The notes beneath the pieces are model-generated. The model was not told the origin of the DNA. It worked only from the letters and a program-made list of their open reading frames with translations, and did not search any database. DNA of 64,000 nt. It comes from Chitinophagaceae bacterium (GTDB taxonomy: Bacteria > Bacteroidota > Bacteroidia > Chitinophagales > Chitinophagaceae). Shown here one piece after another: positions 1 through 10,192 of the stretch. The DNA is taken from NCBI GenBank assembly GCA_965200945.1, contig OZ241749.1:2268212-2332211 (forward strand). Reading direction: 5' to 3'. The position numbers and the translations under genes are program-made. How positions within the stretch are numbered: position 1 is the first letter of the stretch; each line of letters begins with the position of its first letter.

Positions 1-960
1 AAACCCGTGCTGCTTTACAAAAAGATCGATTCGGTTCTGAGGGGGCATGTGCTGGCCGAAGTAAAGGCGCAGATGGCGGTGCTGGGTTTTACCAGGGCGC
101 TGATCGTACCCGCCAACCCCAACCTGGGCCGCACGATCAAGGATGGCCGGTATTTTTTTCATGGCCAGCCTATTCACACCACCAGTTTCTCACACGACCC
201 CGAGTTCGCCATCACCGATCCGCGCATCACGGCTATGCTCCGAAGCGGTGACACGCCGGTCACGATTCTGAAAAAGGATCAGCCTTTGCCGGAAGAAGGC
301 ATCATAGTAGGGGAAGTGGAACAGATGGACGATCTGCGGCACTGGGCGGAAAAAGCGGATAGCCAGACGATGCTCGTGGGCGCGTCCGGCTTTTTTTCGG
401 CCCTGCTGGAGAAACTTCTTTGCAGGCCGGCCCACCCGGCGCCGGAAGCGGGGCGCTTCACGAAGCCGCTCCTCTTTGTAAGCGGCAGCACCTTTCATAA
501 AACACGCACCGCCATCAGGGCGGAAAAAGAGAAAGGAGGCCCCGTGAGTTACGTTCCGGAAACGATTGTGGCCGGGGATCAGCCGCTGGAACCAATTTTC
601 AAAAAATGGCAACAGGAGATTTGCTCTCACGTACGCGCGCACACTAAATCGATCGTGGCCATCGACCCCGAAACGGTGCAGCCGGCCATCACCACGGCTG
701 CGCAGCTTCGCATGATCACCGCCCGCATCACCGGGGATGTTCTGGAGAACACCATGATCGGCGAGCTCTTCGTGGAAGGCGGCGCCACCGCCTGGGCTGT
801 CGTGCAGCAGTCGGGCCTGTCGCCTTTACAACCGGTGCAGGAGCTGGCGCCCGGCGTGGTAAGGATGCGCGTGGAAAACAAAGAAGGGCTGTTTCTCACC
901 ATCAAACCCGGCAGCTACGACTGGCCTCCTGCCGTACTCCAATTTATCTATCACTCCTAA
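1..960 (+). CDS. four-carbon acid sugar kinase family protein (YgbK/OtnK-like), 5' end outside window
   Basis: The frame is open from base 1 (KPVLLYKKIDSVLRGHV...). The KKIDS-x-LRG motif and the C-terminal nucleotide-binding half resemble DUF1537 kinases. A solute symporter follows directly. Recognised by eye only. Confidence 0.6.
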   Translation, partial: KPVLLYKKIDSVLRGHVLAEVKAQMAVLGFTRALIVPANPNLGRTIKDGRYFFHGQPIHTTSFSHDPEFAITDPRITAMLRSGDTPVTILKKDQPLPEEGIIVGEVEQMDDLRHWAEKADSQTMLVGASGFFSALLEKLLCRPAHPAPEAGRFTKPLLFVSGSTFHKTRTAIRAEKEKGGPVSYVPETIVAGDQPLEPIFKKWQQEICSHVRAHTKSIVAIDPETVQPAITTAAQLRMITARITGDVLENTMIGELFVEGGATAWAVVQQSGLSPLQPVQELAPGVVRMRVENKEGLFLTIKPGSYDWPPAVLQFIYHS

Positions 961-968
961 TTCTTGCC

Positions 969-2543
969 ATGCATACGGAAACACTGCACCTGGTCGACTA
1001 CATCATCATCCTTATATCGCTGATGGTCGCACTGGGCACGGGATTGCGCTTTGCCCGGAACCAGCACTCCACCCAGAAATATTATGTGAGCAGCGGCACC
1101 CTGCCTGCCTGGGCGATCGGCATGTCGCTGATGGCCACACTCGTAAGCAGCGTCACTTTTCTGGCCTACCCCGGAGAAGGGTTTTCTTCCAACTGGATCC
1201 TGCTGGTGCAGGGGCTGATGGTACCCATTGTATTTGTTTTGATCGTGTGGTTCATCGTGCCGCTTTATCGCAAAGTGATCCGGTTAAGCACCTATGAATA
1301 TTTTCAGAAACGCTTCGGCACATTCGCCCGGTTCTATACCTCGGTGGCATTCGTGCTGACCCATTTTTCCAAGATGGGCACCGTATTCTTTCTGCTGGCC
1401 CTGGCGCTGTCGAACATGACCGGTTTCAACACCTTTGCCATCATCTGGGTCATCGGGGGCATCATTGTCTGCATCACGCTCATCGGCGGCATCGAAGCCG
1501 TGATCTGGCTCGATGTAGTGCAGGGCTTCCTGCTTATCGCGGGCGGCATTGTAAGCCTGCTGATCCTGCTGTTCTCCGTAGATGGCGGTCCGGCAGCGGT
1601 TTGGCACATCGCAAAGGCCAGTGGCAAAACCGGGTTTGGACCTTATGAATGGAACTTCACCAAACTCACTTTTATCGTGATGGCCCTCAACGGGATCTTT
1701 TACGCCATCCAGAAGTACGGAACGGACCAGACCATGGTACAACGGTATCTCACTGCAAAAACCGACAAGGCGGCGGTTCGCGCTTCGCTGCTGGGGGTCT
1801 TTCTGACCGTTCCGTTATGGACCCTTTTTATGTTCATCGGTACCGCCCTTTTTGTTTTTTACCAGCAACATCCTTTGCCCGAAGGCATGCGCCCGGATGC
1901 CGTATTTCCTTACTTCATCATGACGCAGCTGCCGCACGGAGTAACCGGTCTCATCATCGCAGCCCTCATGGCCGCGGCCATCTCCAGTCTGAGTGCCGAC
2001 CTCAATTGTTTGTCGGCTGTTGGCGTGGAAGACTATTACAAACGGTTCAGACCCGGCGCCTCAGATACCGCCTTGCTGAAAGCCGGCCGTTTGATCGTGG
2101 TTGGGTCGGGCATCGGCGCCATCTCCGTGGCAAGTCTCTACCTGATGGCAGGAGACGAAGGCGTGCTGGGAATTGTATTTACGCTGTACGCCATCTTTTC
2201 GGGAGGGATTGCCGGTATTTTTCTGCTCGGACTCTTTAGCGCGCGCACAAACCGGCAGGGACTCACCATTGGCATCGTTGCCTCCGTGCTGTTCACGGCC
2301 TGGGCTCTTTTGTCATCCGCGAAGATGGGTGCCGGCAAAGAGAAGCATGTGCTGCTCGACCTGGGCGCTTACAGTTTTCACCAGCACAAATACATGCTGG
2401 GTGTATACAGTCACCTGATCGTAGTGGTGGTCGGCTATGTGGCCAGTCTCTTTTTTCCCAGGCAGGCGATCGACAAAAATCTGCTGTTCAGCGGATGGCT
2501 CGAAGAAAAGCGGATGAAAAAACCATTGGTCAACTCTGCGTAA
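969..2543 (+). CDS. sodium:solute symporter (SSF) family transporter
   Basis: 524-aa ORF with many hydrophobic helices and SSF-like motifs (GGIEAVIWLDVVQ, YGTDQTMVQRYLTAK). Confidence 0.8.
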   Translation: MHTETLHLVDYIIILISLMVALGTGLRFARNQHSTQKYYVSSGTLPAWAIGMSLMATLVSSVTFLAYPGEGFSSNWILLVQGLMVPIVFVLIVWFIVPLYRKVIRLSTYEYFQKRFGTFARFYTSVAFVLTHFSKMGTVFFLLALALSNMTGFNTFAIIWVIGGIIVCITLIGGIEAVIWLDVVQGFLLIAGGIVSLLILLFSVDGGPAAVWHIAKASGKTGFGPYEWNFTKLTFIVMALNGIFYAIQKYGTDQTMVQRYLTAKTDKAAVRASLLGVFLTVPLWTLFMFIGTALFVFYQQHPLPEGMRPDAVFPYFIMTQLPHGVTGLIIAALMAAAISSLSADLNCLSAVGVEDYYKRFRPGASDTALLKAGRLIVVGSGIGAISVASLYLMAGDEGVLGIVFTLYAIFSGGIAGIFLLGLFSARTNRQGLTIGIVASVLFTAWALLSSAKMGAGKEKHVLLDLGAYSFHQHKYMLGVYSHLIVVVVGYVASLFFPRQAIDKNLLFSGWLEEKRMKKPLVNSA

Positions 2544-2608
2544 TACAGCAGGAGGTCGGTATTATTTCGTAGATTCGATACCTGCTTCCGGCAGATAAAA
2601 CTGTTCTT

Positions 2609-2905
2609 ATGAGTGCACTTTCCGCGGTTATTGTGGCCCTCCGGCTTAAATACATCCGCACTTTCCGCAAGGCCGGCGCCGTAACCCCGGGCCGTTCCAT
2701 CCGGCTATCCGAATACGGCCTCCGGAAATCGATGATCTTCGAACGTCTTCTCAGCCAGGGTATCATCGTACAGCTCGACAACGAGCGGTACTACCTCGAT
2801 GAGATCCGTGAGCTTGAACTCAAACGGCGAAAGGCGCCTCTGCTGGTGATCATGCTGATCATCGTATTCATTCTTCTTATCCTCCTGCTCAATTTAAAAA
2901 GATAA
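2609..2905 (+). CDS. hypothetical small protein with C-terminal membrane anchor
   Basis: 98-aa ORF with a basic N-terminal half and a C-terminal LLVIMLIIVFILLILLL helix. No family recognised. Confidence 0.4.
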   Translation: MSALSAVIVALRLKYIRTFRKAGAVTPGRSIRLSEYGLRKSMIFERLLSQGIIVQLDNERYYLDEIRELELKRRKAPLLVIMLIIVFILLILLLNLKR

Positions 2906-2979
2906 CCTGGCTCCTGCCACACTTATCGGCTCTTGGTGCGGGGCTGGCATCAAATTTTATGTACTGATAGAAACAGGAC

Positions 2980-3534
2980 ATGAAACACCAGCAACAAGTC
3001 AGGATCCGCTCGGCAGCCAACCGTTTGAAATGGTGGCAGGTAGCGCTCATCTCCGTGGGGGTATCACTGTTAGGTAAGTTCAGCACCGGCCGCTCCAGAA
3101 AATACGAGCAGAAATTATACAATCTGAAGCTGGATCAGGCACCGTGGGCACCGCCCGCCTGGGTGTTCGGCGTGGCCTGGCCCCTCAACAATTACTTCGT
3201 TCTGCTTGCGCTGCGTTCGCTCCTCGCCAAAGAAGATATTCCTGACAGAAAAAAACTCCTGATCCTTCAAGCGGCTATATGGCTGGTATTCTTTTCTTTT
3301 GGTTTTGTCTATTTCAGAAAGAAGAGCCCGGTACTCGCCGCAGCCTGGACGATGGCCGATGCCGCACTCAGTATTTCCAGTTTTGTGCTGGCCCGACGGA
3401 GCGACAAAAAGCTGGCTGCTTATTATCTGCCCCTGGTGCTGTGGACCAGCTATGCGAGCACCGTTGCAGATTACCAGGCGTGGTACAACAGCGATCCGGT
3501 TCTGCACACCGGTGCCCCGGCAGATGAATTCTGA
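2980..3534 (+). CDS. TspO/MBR-like tryptophan-rich membrane protein
   Basis: 184 aa with multiple TM helices. The W-rich motif WAPPAWVFGVAWPLNNY resembles the TspO signature. Confidence 0.5.
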   Translation: MKHQQQVRIRSAANRLKWWQVALISVGVSLLGKFSTGRSRKYEQKLYNLKLDQAPWAPPAWVFGVAWPLNNYFVLLALRSLLAKEDIPDRKKLLILQAAIWLVFFSFGFVYFRKKSPVLAAAWTMADAALSISSFVLARRSDKKLAAYYLPLVLWTSYASTVADYQAWYNSDPVLHTGAPADEF

Positions 3535-3571
3535 TCAGTACTTACCCGTTCACCTCATTAAAAACAATACC

Positions 3572-4039
3572 ATGATTGAAAAAGGCCAGCAGGCGCCCGA
3601 CTTTATTTTGTTTGATTCCGAAAAAAAAGAGGTCCGATTGGCGGATTATAAAGGGAAAAACGTGCTGCTTCTTTTTTTCCCGCTTGCATTTACCAGTACA
3701 TGCACCCAAGAGCTTTGTTCCGTCAGGGATAATATCAGCACCTACAACGATGCGAACGCAACCGTATTGGGGATCAGCGTCGACTCCCTGTTCACCCTTG
3801 CGAAATTCAAGGAAGAGCAGAGCCTGAACTTCCCGTTGCTGAGCGATTTTAACAAAGATGTTTCAAGAGCCTACGGTGCCGTATATGAATCGTGGGGTTT
3901 TGGTATGAAAGGCGTTTCCAAAAGAGCGGCCTTTGTCATTGATACCGAAGGAATCGTTCAGTATACCGAAGTGCTCGAGAATGCCAGCGAAATACCTGAT
4001 TTTACTGCTATTCAGCAAACCCTGACTGATATTGCCTGA
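3572..4039 (+). CDS. peroxiredoxin (AhpC/TSA thiol-specific antioxidant family)
   Basis: Internal ATG at 3572 gives MIEKGQQAPDF.... The peroxidatic motif FPLAFTSTCTQELC is present. At 155 aa the length is typical of small BCP/AhpE-like peroxiredoxins. The longer ORF from 3299 has a non-protein-like N-terminus. Confidence 0.85.
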   Translation: MIEKGQQAPDFILFDSEKKEVRLADYKGKNVLLLFFPLAFTSTCTQELCSVRDNISTYNDANATVLGISVDSLFTLAKFKEEQSLNFPLLSDFNKDVSRAYGAVYESWGFGMKGVSKRAAFVIDTEGIVQYTEVLENASEIPDFTAIQQTLTDIA

Positions 4040-4170
4040 CAGAGGTTAAAAATTTTATAATTAAGATGGAATAAGGGGAACTAATTAAGCGGCCTACAAA
4101 CAATTGGCAAATAGTTTGTACCTTGTTTTAAAAGGAATACCTTGTTTCATCTTCCGGCAAACGACATGAT

Positions 4171-4509
4171 ATGAAGATTTTTTACACGTTGTTCTTTATA
4201 TTGTCACTCTCCTTAACAGCTCAAAGCCAGAGCCGCCTTGCTTTGTCGTCCGAACCGGTGACAAGGATCCTGAAATTTTATCCCAACCCTGCCACCTCAC
4301 AGATCACCTTTTCTTTCAACGCAGACTACGATAAAAACCTTTCTTTCCAGATCTTCAATTTCATCGGAAAAAAAGTGTACGAAGCACAATCAATTTCTCC
4401 GAGCACCAGCGTCAACCTCAACGATTTTTATCGCGGTGTTTACATCTTTCAGCTCAGGGACAAGACCGGCAAGATCATCGATTCCGGTAAGTTCCAGGTC
4501 GCCAAATAA
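4171..4509 (+). CDS. secreted mini-protein consisting almost only of a T9SS C-terminal sorting domain
   Basis: Signal peptide MKIFYTLFFILSLSLTAQS, followed by KFYPNPATSQITFSF...GVYIFQL...GKFQVAK, which is typical of Por-secretion CTDs. Confidence 0.6.
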   Translation: MKIFYTLFFILSLSLTAQSQSRLALSSEPVTRILKFYPNPATSQITFSFNADYDKNLSFQIFNFIGKKVYEAQSISPSTSVNLNDFYRGVYIFQLRDKTGKIIDSGKFQVAK

Positions 4510-4527
4510 TCATATTGCCCTTTTGTT

Positions 4528-5700
4528 TTATAGCACCTGCATGACCAGGAATTTCAGGTATTGTGTATTTTCTATGCCCCGTATGATCGGATGGTCGGCC
4601 GACTGCGTGCGGAACGTAACCTGCCGCAATTTCCGGCGGGCATCTCTTGCCGCCATGTCAATGATCTGGTAAAACAGGTCGGGCGGGATCAGGTTGGTAC
4701 AGGAAGCTGTGACCAGGAAGCCGCCCCGTTTTACGAGCTGCATCCCCCGCAGGTTTATTTCCTTGTAACCGGCGATCGCTTTCTCGATGTTTTCGCGGCT
4801 CTTGGTGAAAGCAGGCGGATCAAGGAGCACCACATCATATTGCTTCTTCTCTTTTGCCCAAAGCTTAAGCACGTCGAACGCATTGAGTGCCTCGAAATGG
4901 CAGACATTTTCCAGTCCGTTCAGCTCTGCATTGCGGCGGGCCTGGATCACCGCTTTTTCCGAGATATCGATCCCCTTCACAGATCGTGCGCCGTAAGCCC
5001 CCGCATGGATGGAGAAGGTACCGGTATAACAGAACATTTCCAGCACGTCGCCTCCCGCAACTATATGCTTCAGTTCGCGCCGGTTGTCTTGCTGGTCAAG
5101 AAAATAGCCGGTCTTCTGCCCGTTCTCCAGGTCTACATGAAAACGCAGGCCGTTCTCCTGCAGGATGATGGACGTGTCGAAAGGTGCTGACAAAAACCCT
5201 TTTTGCTGCGGCAATCCTTCCAGCTCGCGCACCGGTACGTCGTTGCGCTCATAGATGCCTTTGGGCTGGAAGATGGTATTCAGCGCTTTCACGATCGCCT
5301 CTTTCCAGATGTCCATACCCAGCGACAGCGTCTGGATCACGAAATAATCTCCGAATTTGTCGACGATGAGGGCAGGCAGATAGTCGGCCTCTCCGAAGAT
5401 CAGGCGGCAGTTCTCAACATAACCAAGCCTTTGCCGGTACGCCCAGGCTTCCCTGATGCGGTTCAGGAAGAACCCGTCGTCGATCTCCTCGCTGCGGTCG
5501 CGCGTGAGCAACCGGACAAGTATCTGCGATTTGGGATTGATATAGCCCTTTCCGAGGAATTTACGGTCTGCCGCAAACACCTCCACGATCTCCCCTCCGC
5601 TGCATTCCGATGTCACTTCTTTTACTTCATTCTTGAAAATCCACGGATGTCCGTTCTCTATGCGGTGTCCGATCTTTGGATTCAGGTAAACTTTTGTCAT
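4528..5700 (-). CDS. class I SAM-dependent rRNA methyltransferase, RlmI/YwbD-like (PUA-like N-domain plus MTase)
   Basis: Start chosen at the internal ATG (MTKVYLNPKIGHRIENGHPWIF). Motifs FCYTGTFS, LLDPPAF and TASCT are typical of RlmI-type m5C methyltransferases. Confidence 0.75.
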   Translation of the reverse strand: MTKVYLNPKIGHRIENGHPWIFKNEVKEVTSECSGGEIVEVFAADRKFLGKGYINPKSQILVRLLTRDRSEEIDDGFFLNRIREAWAYRQRLGYVENCRLIFGEADYLPALIVDKFGDYFVIQTLSLGMDIWKEAIVKALNTIFQPKGIYERNDVPVRELEGLPQQKGFLSAPFDTSIILQENGLRFHVDLENGQKTGYFLDQQDNRRELKHIVAGGDVLEMFCYTGTFSIHAGAYGARSVKGIDISEKAVIQARRNAELNGLENVCHFEALNAFDVLKLWAKEKKQYDVVLLDPPAFTKSRENIEKAIAGYKEINLRGMQLVKRGGFLVTASCTNLIPPDLFYQIIDMAARDARRKLRQVTFRTQSADHPIIRGIENTQYLKFLVMQVL

Positions 5701-5899
5701 AGCGGGTCTGTTTACGCCGGAAAATGCTGTGGGCGGCGGTGCCCGCCGGTGCATCAGCCGACAATTTGTCTTTACTGGAAAGCTTGGCAAATTAATTGAA
5801 ACTGGATAGTTCCGGATGTATATTTAATAGATTAAGACAAATTCACCTGCCTGAAGGGGCGGTGAAACAAATCAAGAACAATCGCACTATAATTTTAAT

Positions 5900-6475
5900 A
5901 TGATGGAAAAAGACCCGAGAAACCTGGCGGAAGAAGAAATGGGAAAATCACCGAACGGCAATGAAGATGCTTTCAACATCAACGCAGATTCAGATGTGCC
6001 CGGCACTTCCCACCTCAGCGATCCGCTCGAGCAGTCGGAAAAATACCAGGCTGAGATCGCAGAACTGAAAGACAAATACCTGCGCCAGGCAGCTGAATTC
6101 GATAATTTCCGCAGAAGAAGTGCCCGGGAAAGGGTTGAACTGACCCAGACTGCCGGAAAAGAGATCATTGTTTCGATGCTGGATGTACTGGACGACCTCG
6201 ACCGCGCGCAGAAGCAGCTGCAGAACAGCGATGATTCGGCGGCGAAAGAAGGGGTGATGTTGATTTTTAATAAGTTCCGGAATATTTTACAGTCGAAAGG
6301 CGTGAAGGCGATGGAGACGATCCATACCAACTTCAACCCCGATCTGCATGAAGCCATCACGGAAGTTCCTACTCCCAATCCATCCCTGATCGGAAAGGTG
6401 CTTGATGAAGTACAGAAAGGTTATTACCTGAACGACAAGATCATCCGCTTTGCGAAAGTGGTGGTGGGCAAGTAA
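5900..6475 (+). CDS. grpE: nucleotide exchange factor GrpE
   Basis: Motifs AEFDNFRRR and LDVLDDLDRA are present, along with a C-terminal beta domain. The gene lies directly upstream of dnaJ. Confidence 0.9.
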   Translation: MMEKDPRNLAEEEMGKSPNGNEDAFNINADSDVPGTSHLSDPLEQSEKYQAEIAELKDKYLRQAAEFDNFRRRSARERVELTQTAGKEIIVSMLDVLDDLDRAQKQLQNSDDSAAKEGVMLIFNKFRNILQSKGVKAMETIHTNFNPDLHEAITEVPTPNPSLIGKVLDEVQKGYYLNDKIIRFAKVVVGK

Positions 6476-6560
6476 TTATTGCGGAAGCCGATTTTGAACC
6501 TGTTTAAAACTGGAATGTTGCTGGTTGTGCCAACCGGCAACATTTATTATATGTAAGCAC

Positions 6561-7739
6561 ATGGCTAAAAGAGATTATTACGAGATACTGGGCGTGGCCA
6601 AAGGCGCTTCTGCCGACGACATCAAGAAATCGTACCGCAAGGTGGCGATGCAGTACCATCCCGACCGCAACCCGGGCGACAAAGCTGCAGAAGACAAGTT
6701 CAAGGAGGCGGCAGAAGCCTACGAAGTGCTGAGCGATGCAGACAAACGCGCGCAGTACGACCGGTTCGGTCATGCCGGCGTAAGCGGTACGGGACGAGGA
6801 AACGGAGGTGGATATGGCGGCGGCGCCGGCATGAACATGGAAGATATCTTCAGCCAGTTCAGCGATATTTTTGGTGGTGGCGATGAAGCGTTTGGCGGAT
6901 TCTTTGGCGGTGGCCGTGGCCGTTCGGGCGGACGGGGCGCCCGTGGTACACGCGGAAGCAACCTGCGCATCAAACTTAAACTGAACTTTGAAGAGATCGC
7001 AAAAGGCGTAACAAAAAGTGTCAAGGTAAAAAAATACGTGTCCTGTACTACCTGCAGCGGCAGCGGCGCGAAAGACAAAAACAGCGTGCAGACCTGTAAC
7101 TCTTGCGGTGGCAGCGGACAGGTGAGGAAGGTGACCAACACGTTCCTCGGACAAATGCAGACGGTGAGTACCTGCCCGGTTTGTAACGGCGAAGGAACCA
7201 CGATCACTGCCAAGTGCCCGACCTGTAAAGGGGAAGGCAGGGTGTATGGAGAGGAAACGGTGAGCATCGACATTCCGGCCGGCGTACAGGAGGGCATGCA
7301 ACTGAGCATGAGTGGCAAGGGAAATGCCGGAGAACGGGGCGGCAGCAACGGCGACCTGATCATCCTGATCGAAGAAGAAGCACATCCGGAACTGCAGCGC
7401 GAAGGCCTCAACGTAGCCTACGAACTGCATATCTCCATACCCGACGCCATCTATGGCACCAATGTGGAAGTGCCTACCATCGACGGCCGTGCGAAGATCA
7501 AGATCCCGGCCGGCACCCAGAGCGGCAAGATCTTCCGCCTGAAAGGCAAAGGCTTCCCCGCCGTCAATTCTTATGAAAAAGGCGACCAGCTGATCCACGT
7601 CAACGTCTGGACACCGCAAAACCTGACCTCCGAAGAAAAGGCCATGATGGACAAGCTCAACCAGTCACCCAACTTCCAGCCCAACCCCGACAAAACAGAC
7701 AAGAGCTTTTTCGACAAGGTCAAGGAAATGTTCTCATAG
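6561..7739 (+). CDS. dnaJ: molecular chaperone DnaJ
   Basis: J domain ([12 protein letters not shown]...YHPDRNPGD), G/F-rich linker and four CxxCxGxG zinc-finger repeats. Confidence 0.95.
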   Translation: MAKRDYYEILGVAKGASADDIKKSYRKVAMQYHPDRNPGDKAAEDKFKEAAEAYEVLSDADKRAQYDRFGHAGVSGTGRGNGGGYGGGAGMNMEDIFSQFSDIFGGGDEAFGGFFGGGRGRSGGRGARGTRGSNLRIKLKLNFEEIAKGVTKSVKVKKYVSCTTCSGSGAKDKNSVQTCNSCGGSGQVRKVTNTFLGQMQTVSTCPVCNGEGTTITAKCPTCKGEGRVYGEETVSIDIPAGVQEGMQLSMSGKGNAGERGGSNGDLIILIEEEAHPELQREGLNVAYELHISIPDAIYGTNVEVPTIDGRAKIKIPAGTQSGKIFRLKGKGFPAVNSYEKGDQLIHVNVWTPQNLTSEEKAMMDKLNQSPNFQPNPDKTDKSFFDKVKEMFS

Positions 7740-7761
7740 ACTTTATCACCCATTTTTTTAT

Positions 7762-7792
7762 AAAGCCGCATTCACTGGATGCGGCTTTTTTA
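7762..7792 (+). terminator. intrinsic terminator after dnaJ
   Basis: aagccgcat - tcactgg - atgcggctt, followed by a T run. Confidence 0.75.
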
Positions 7793-7897
7793 TCAGGGCT
7801 CTGCCATTCCTCATCCCCTCCCCGGGCGTATCGGTTCATCAGGCAAAACCCCACACAAAAGATTCTAAAATAATATTGTTTATTTTATAAACTACTT

Positions 7898-7905
7898 TAT
7901 ATTTG
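7898..7905 (+). promoter_or_regulatory. Bacteroidota -7 box TATATTTG upstream of the TonB receptor
   Basis: Exact TAnnTTTG match in an AT-rich spacer, 17 nt before the TTG start. Confidence 0.4.
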
Positions 7906-7921
7906 AAATAAATTTATAAAC

Positions 7922-10183
7922 TTGAAACAGTTGCTGCTTTATATAGGCTGTCTTTTTGCCAGCCTTCCCCTCCTCTCCCAGACCACCGTTTCCGGTAAAA
8001 CCCGGGATGCAAAAGGCCGCCCCGTGGCTGGCGTCAGCATCACGGTTAAAGATTCTTACGATGGGGCCACCTCCGACTCTCTCGGACGCTATTCTTTTAA
8101 AACCACAGAACAAGGTGAGAAACTCCTTGTCGCCAGTTCGATTGGCTATACCCCCTTTGTACAAAATATCACACTTGGTACCGGCGCGCTTACGCTTGAC
8201 ATCAGCCTCCGGGAAGAACCGAGCGAATTGAAAGCGGTCTCCATCACTGCCGGCAGCTTTGAGGCCAGCGATACCAAGCGAACCACCGTCCTCACTTCGA
8301 TCGATATCGCCACCACCGCCGGCGCCAACGCCGACGTTACCAGTGCCATCAAAACCCTGCCCGGCGCCCAGCAGGTCGGGGAAACCGAAGGCTTGTTCGT
8401 GCGCGGTGGCACCGCCGGTGAAACGAAAGTGTTCATCGACGGCACAGTGGTCAACAATTTCTTTTTCAGCAGCGTGCCGGATATCGCCCAGCGGGGCCGC
8501 TTCTCCCCTTTTCTTTTCAAAGGCACCGTCTTTAGTTCCGGCGGATACTCCGCCCTCTATGGTGAAGCGCTTTCTTCGGTGCTGCTGCTTGAAAGCATCG
8601 ACCTCCCCGAAAAAAGCTCCGCCAACCTGGGCATATCAACAGTGGGCGTCAACGGTGGCTTCCAGCACCTGGCACCCAACAAAAAATCGAGCTGGGGGGT
8701 CAGCTACAACTACATCAACCTGGCCGGCTACTTCAAGATCGTAAAACAACGGCCCGACTATTTCCGTATACCCGAATTTCACAATGCCGATTTCAATTAC
8801 CGGCTTAAAACCTCGTCCACCGGCATGCTGAAATTCTATGGCTACTTCAACGGCAGCCGGCTCGGTATCAGGCGGGAAGACATCGACTCAGGAAACCTGA
8901 AGAACGCTTTCGGGCTGAACAACCTGAACTTTTACGGCAACCTGTCCTGGAAAGAACGCCTCGGTGAACACTGGCGCATGAACCTCGGCATAAGCTACAG
9001 CAACAACACCGACAAGCTCCTGAACGAACTTCAAAATCCCTTGAACACAAAGCAGACCATCGGCTTTTACCCTTACACGCAGAAAAATTTCACCATCCGC
9101 TCGAACGGACAGCTGGCACAGGTAAGAGCAGTATTTGAACGAAAACTGCAAGGCATCAGTATGCTGCGCATCGGGGGTGAATATTTTTATAACAGCGATC
9201 ACAGCGACTATAGCAGCGATTCCATCCTTCATTCAAAGAATGGTGCGGAAGACCACCTGAAAGCGGCCTTTGCAGAAACCGATATCTATATGACCAACGA
9301 CCTGGCCGCCAAGATCGGCACCCGGCTCGAACACTCTTCCCTGCTTGGCAAAGCCAACCTGGCGCCCCGTGTATCGGTTGCTTATAAGCTGGGCAACTTC
9401 GGACAGGCCTCGGTTGCATACGGCATCTTTTACCAGAAACCGGATAACAGCTTTTTCATCCGCAACTACCTCTTTAACGGTTTGCAATACACGAAAGCCA
9501 CGCACTACATCGCCAATCTGCAGAAAGTAAGTAAGGACTATACCTGGCGGGCAGAAGTGTTCTATAAAAAATACGACGATCTCATCAAAACGGTGTGGGT
9601 ATCGTCATCCCTGACAGGGCTGAACAACAAGGGGTACGGCAATGCAAAAGGATTCGAGTTTTTCTGGCGCGACCGCAAAACGATCAGGAACCTCGACTAC
9701 TGGATATCCTACTCTTACCTCGATACCAAACGTGATTACCTCAATTACCCTACGGCCATACAACCCAACTTTGCCACACACCATACCGCCTCGCTGGTCG
9801 TCAAAAAGTTTGTACAGGCATTGAAAACGCAGTTCAACGGCTCCTATACTTTTGCCACCGGACGGCCATACTACAACATCCAGTACGATTATACCGGCAA
9901 ACAATATAAGATCTTCGACCAGGGCACTACCATGAACTACAACAACCTGAGCTTCAGCGTCAACTATCTGCCCAATATCAACAAGCCGGGGGCAAGTAAA
10001 TTCACCGTGTTTGTGTTTTCCATCACCAACGTGCTCAACAACAAACAGATCTATAATTACAACTACTCCTACAGAGGCATGAAGGAACCCATCACCCCGC
10101 CTGCCAACCGTTCTGTTTTCCTGGGCTGCTTCATCAGCTTCGGGGTCGACAGAAGCGACGAAATCATCAATAACAATTTATAA
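7922..10183 (+). CDS. TonB-dependent receptor with N-terminal CarboxypepD_reg-like domain
   Basis: TTG start and a signal peptide. It has a VSGKTRDAKGRPVAGVSITV domain, a plug (TLPGAQQVGETEGLFVRGG) and a long beta-barrel rich in Y/N/G. Confidence 0.85.
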   Translation: MKQLLLYIGCLFASLPLLSQTTVSGKTRDAKGRPVAGVSITVKDSYDGATSDSLGRYSFKTTEQGEKLLVASSIGYTPFVQNITLGTGALTLDISLREEPSELKAVSITAGSFEASDTKRTTVLTSIDIATTAGANADVTSAIKTLPGAQQVGETEGLFVRGGTAGETKVFIDGTVVNNFFFSSVPDIAQRGRFSPFLFKGTVFSSGGYSALYGEALSSVLLLESIDLPEKSSANLGISTVGVNGGFQHLAPNKKSSWGVSYNYINLAGYFKIVKQRPDYFRIPEFHNADFNYRLKTSSTGMLKFYGYFNGSRLGIRREDIDSGNLKNAFGLNNLNFYGNLSWKERLGEHWRMNLGISYSNNTDKLLNELQNPLNTKQTIGFYPYTQKNFTIRSNGQLAQVRAVFERKLQGISMLRIGGEYFYNSDHSDYSSDSILHSKNGAEDHLKAAFAETDIYMTNDLAAKIGTRLEHSSLLGKANLAPRVSVAYKLGNFGQASVAYGIFYQKPDNSFFIRNYLFNGLQYTKATHYIANLQKVSKDYTWRAEVFYKKYDDLIKTVWVSSSLTGLNNKGYGNAKGFEFFWRDRKTIRNLDYWISYSYLDTKRDYLNYPTAIQPNFATHHTASLVVKKFVQALKTQFNGSYTFATGRPYYNIQYDYTGKQYKIFDQGTTMNYNNLSFSVNYLPNINKPGASKFTVFVFSITNVLNNKQIYNYNYSYRGMKEPITPPANRSVFLGCFISFGVDRSDEIINNNL

Positions 10184-10192
10184 ATAACAATC

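Noticed and set aside
3299-3571. N-terminal extension of the peroxiredoxin ORF, which would make it 246 aa.
   Set aside because: The extension overlaps the end of the TspO-like gene and is rich in C, W, P and R, which is not protein-like. The internal ATG at 3572 gives a normal-length peroxiredoxin.
5701-5899. Possible heat-shock operator (CIRCE) upstream of grpE-dnaJ.
   Set aside because: No TTAGCACTC-N9-GAGTGCTAA-like inverted repeat is present in the intergenic region.
6504-7619. A 371-aa ORF antisense to dnaJ. Similar very long antisense ORFs lie opposite other genes, for example 53117-54208 (dnaA), 18806-19759, 26111-26938, 29296-30120, 30515-31306, 59212-60015, 15369-16130 and 27228-27977.
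   Set aside because: Each lies exactly opposite a gene with clear family motifs. Their translations are compositionally odd (rich in H, R, G, V, D, F) and carry no recognisable motifs. Stop-free antisense frames are expected when the sense strand uses GC-biased codons. I treat them as artefacts, not overlapping genes.
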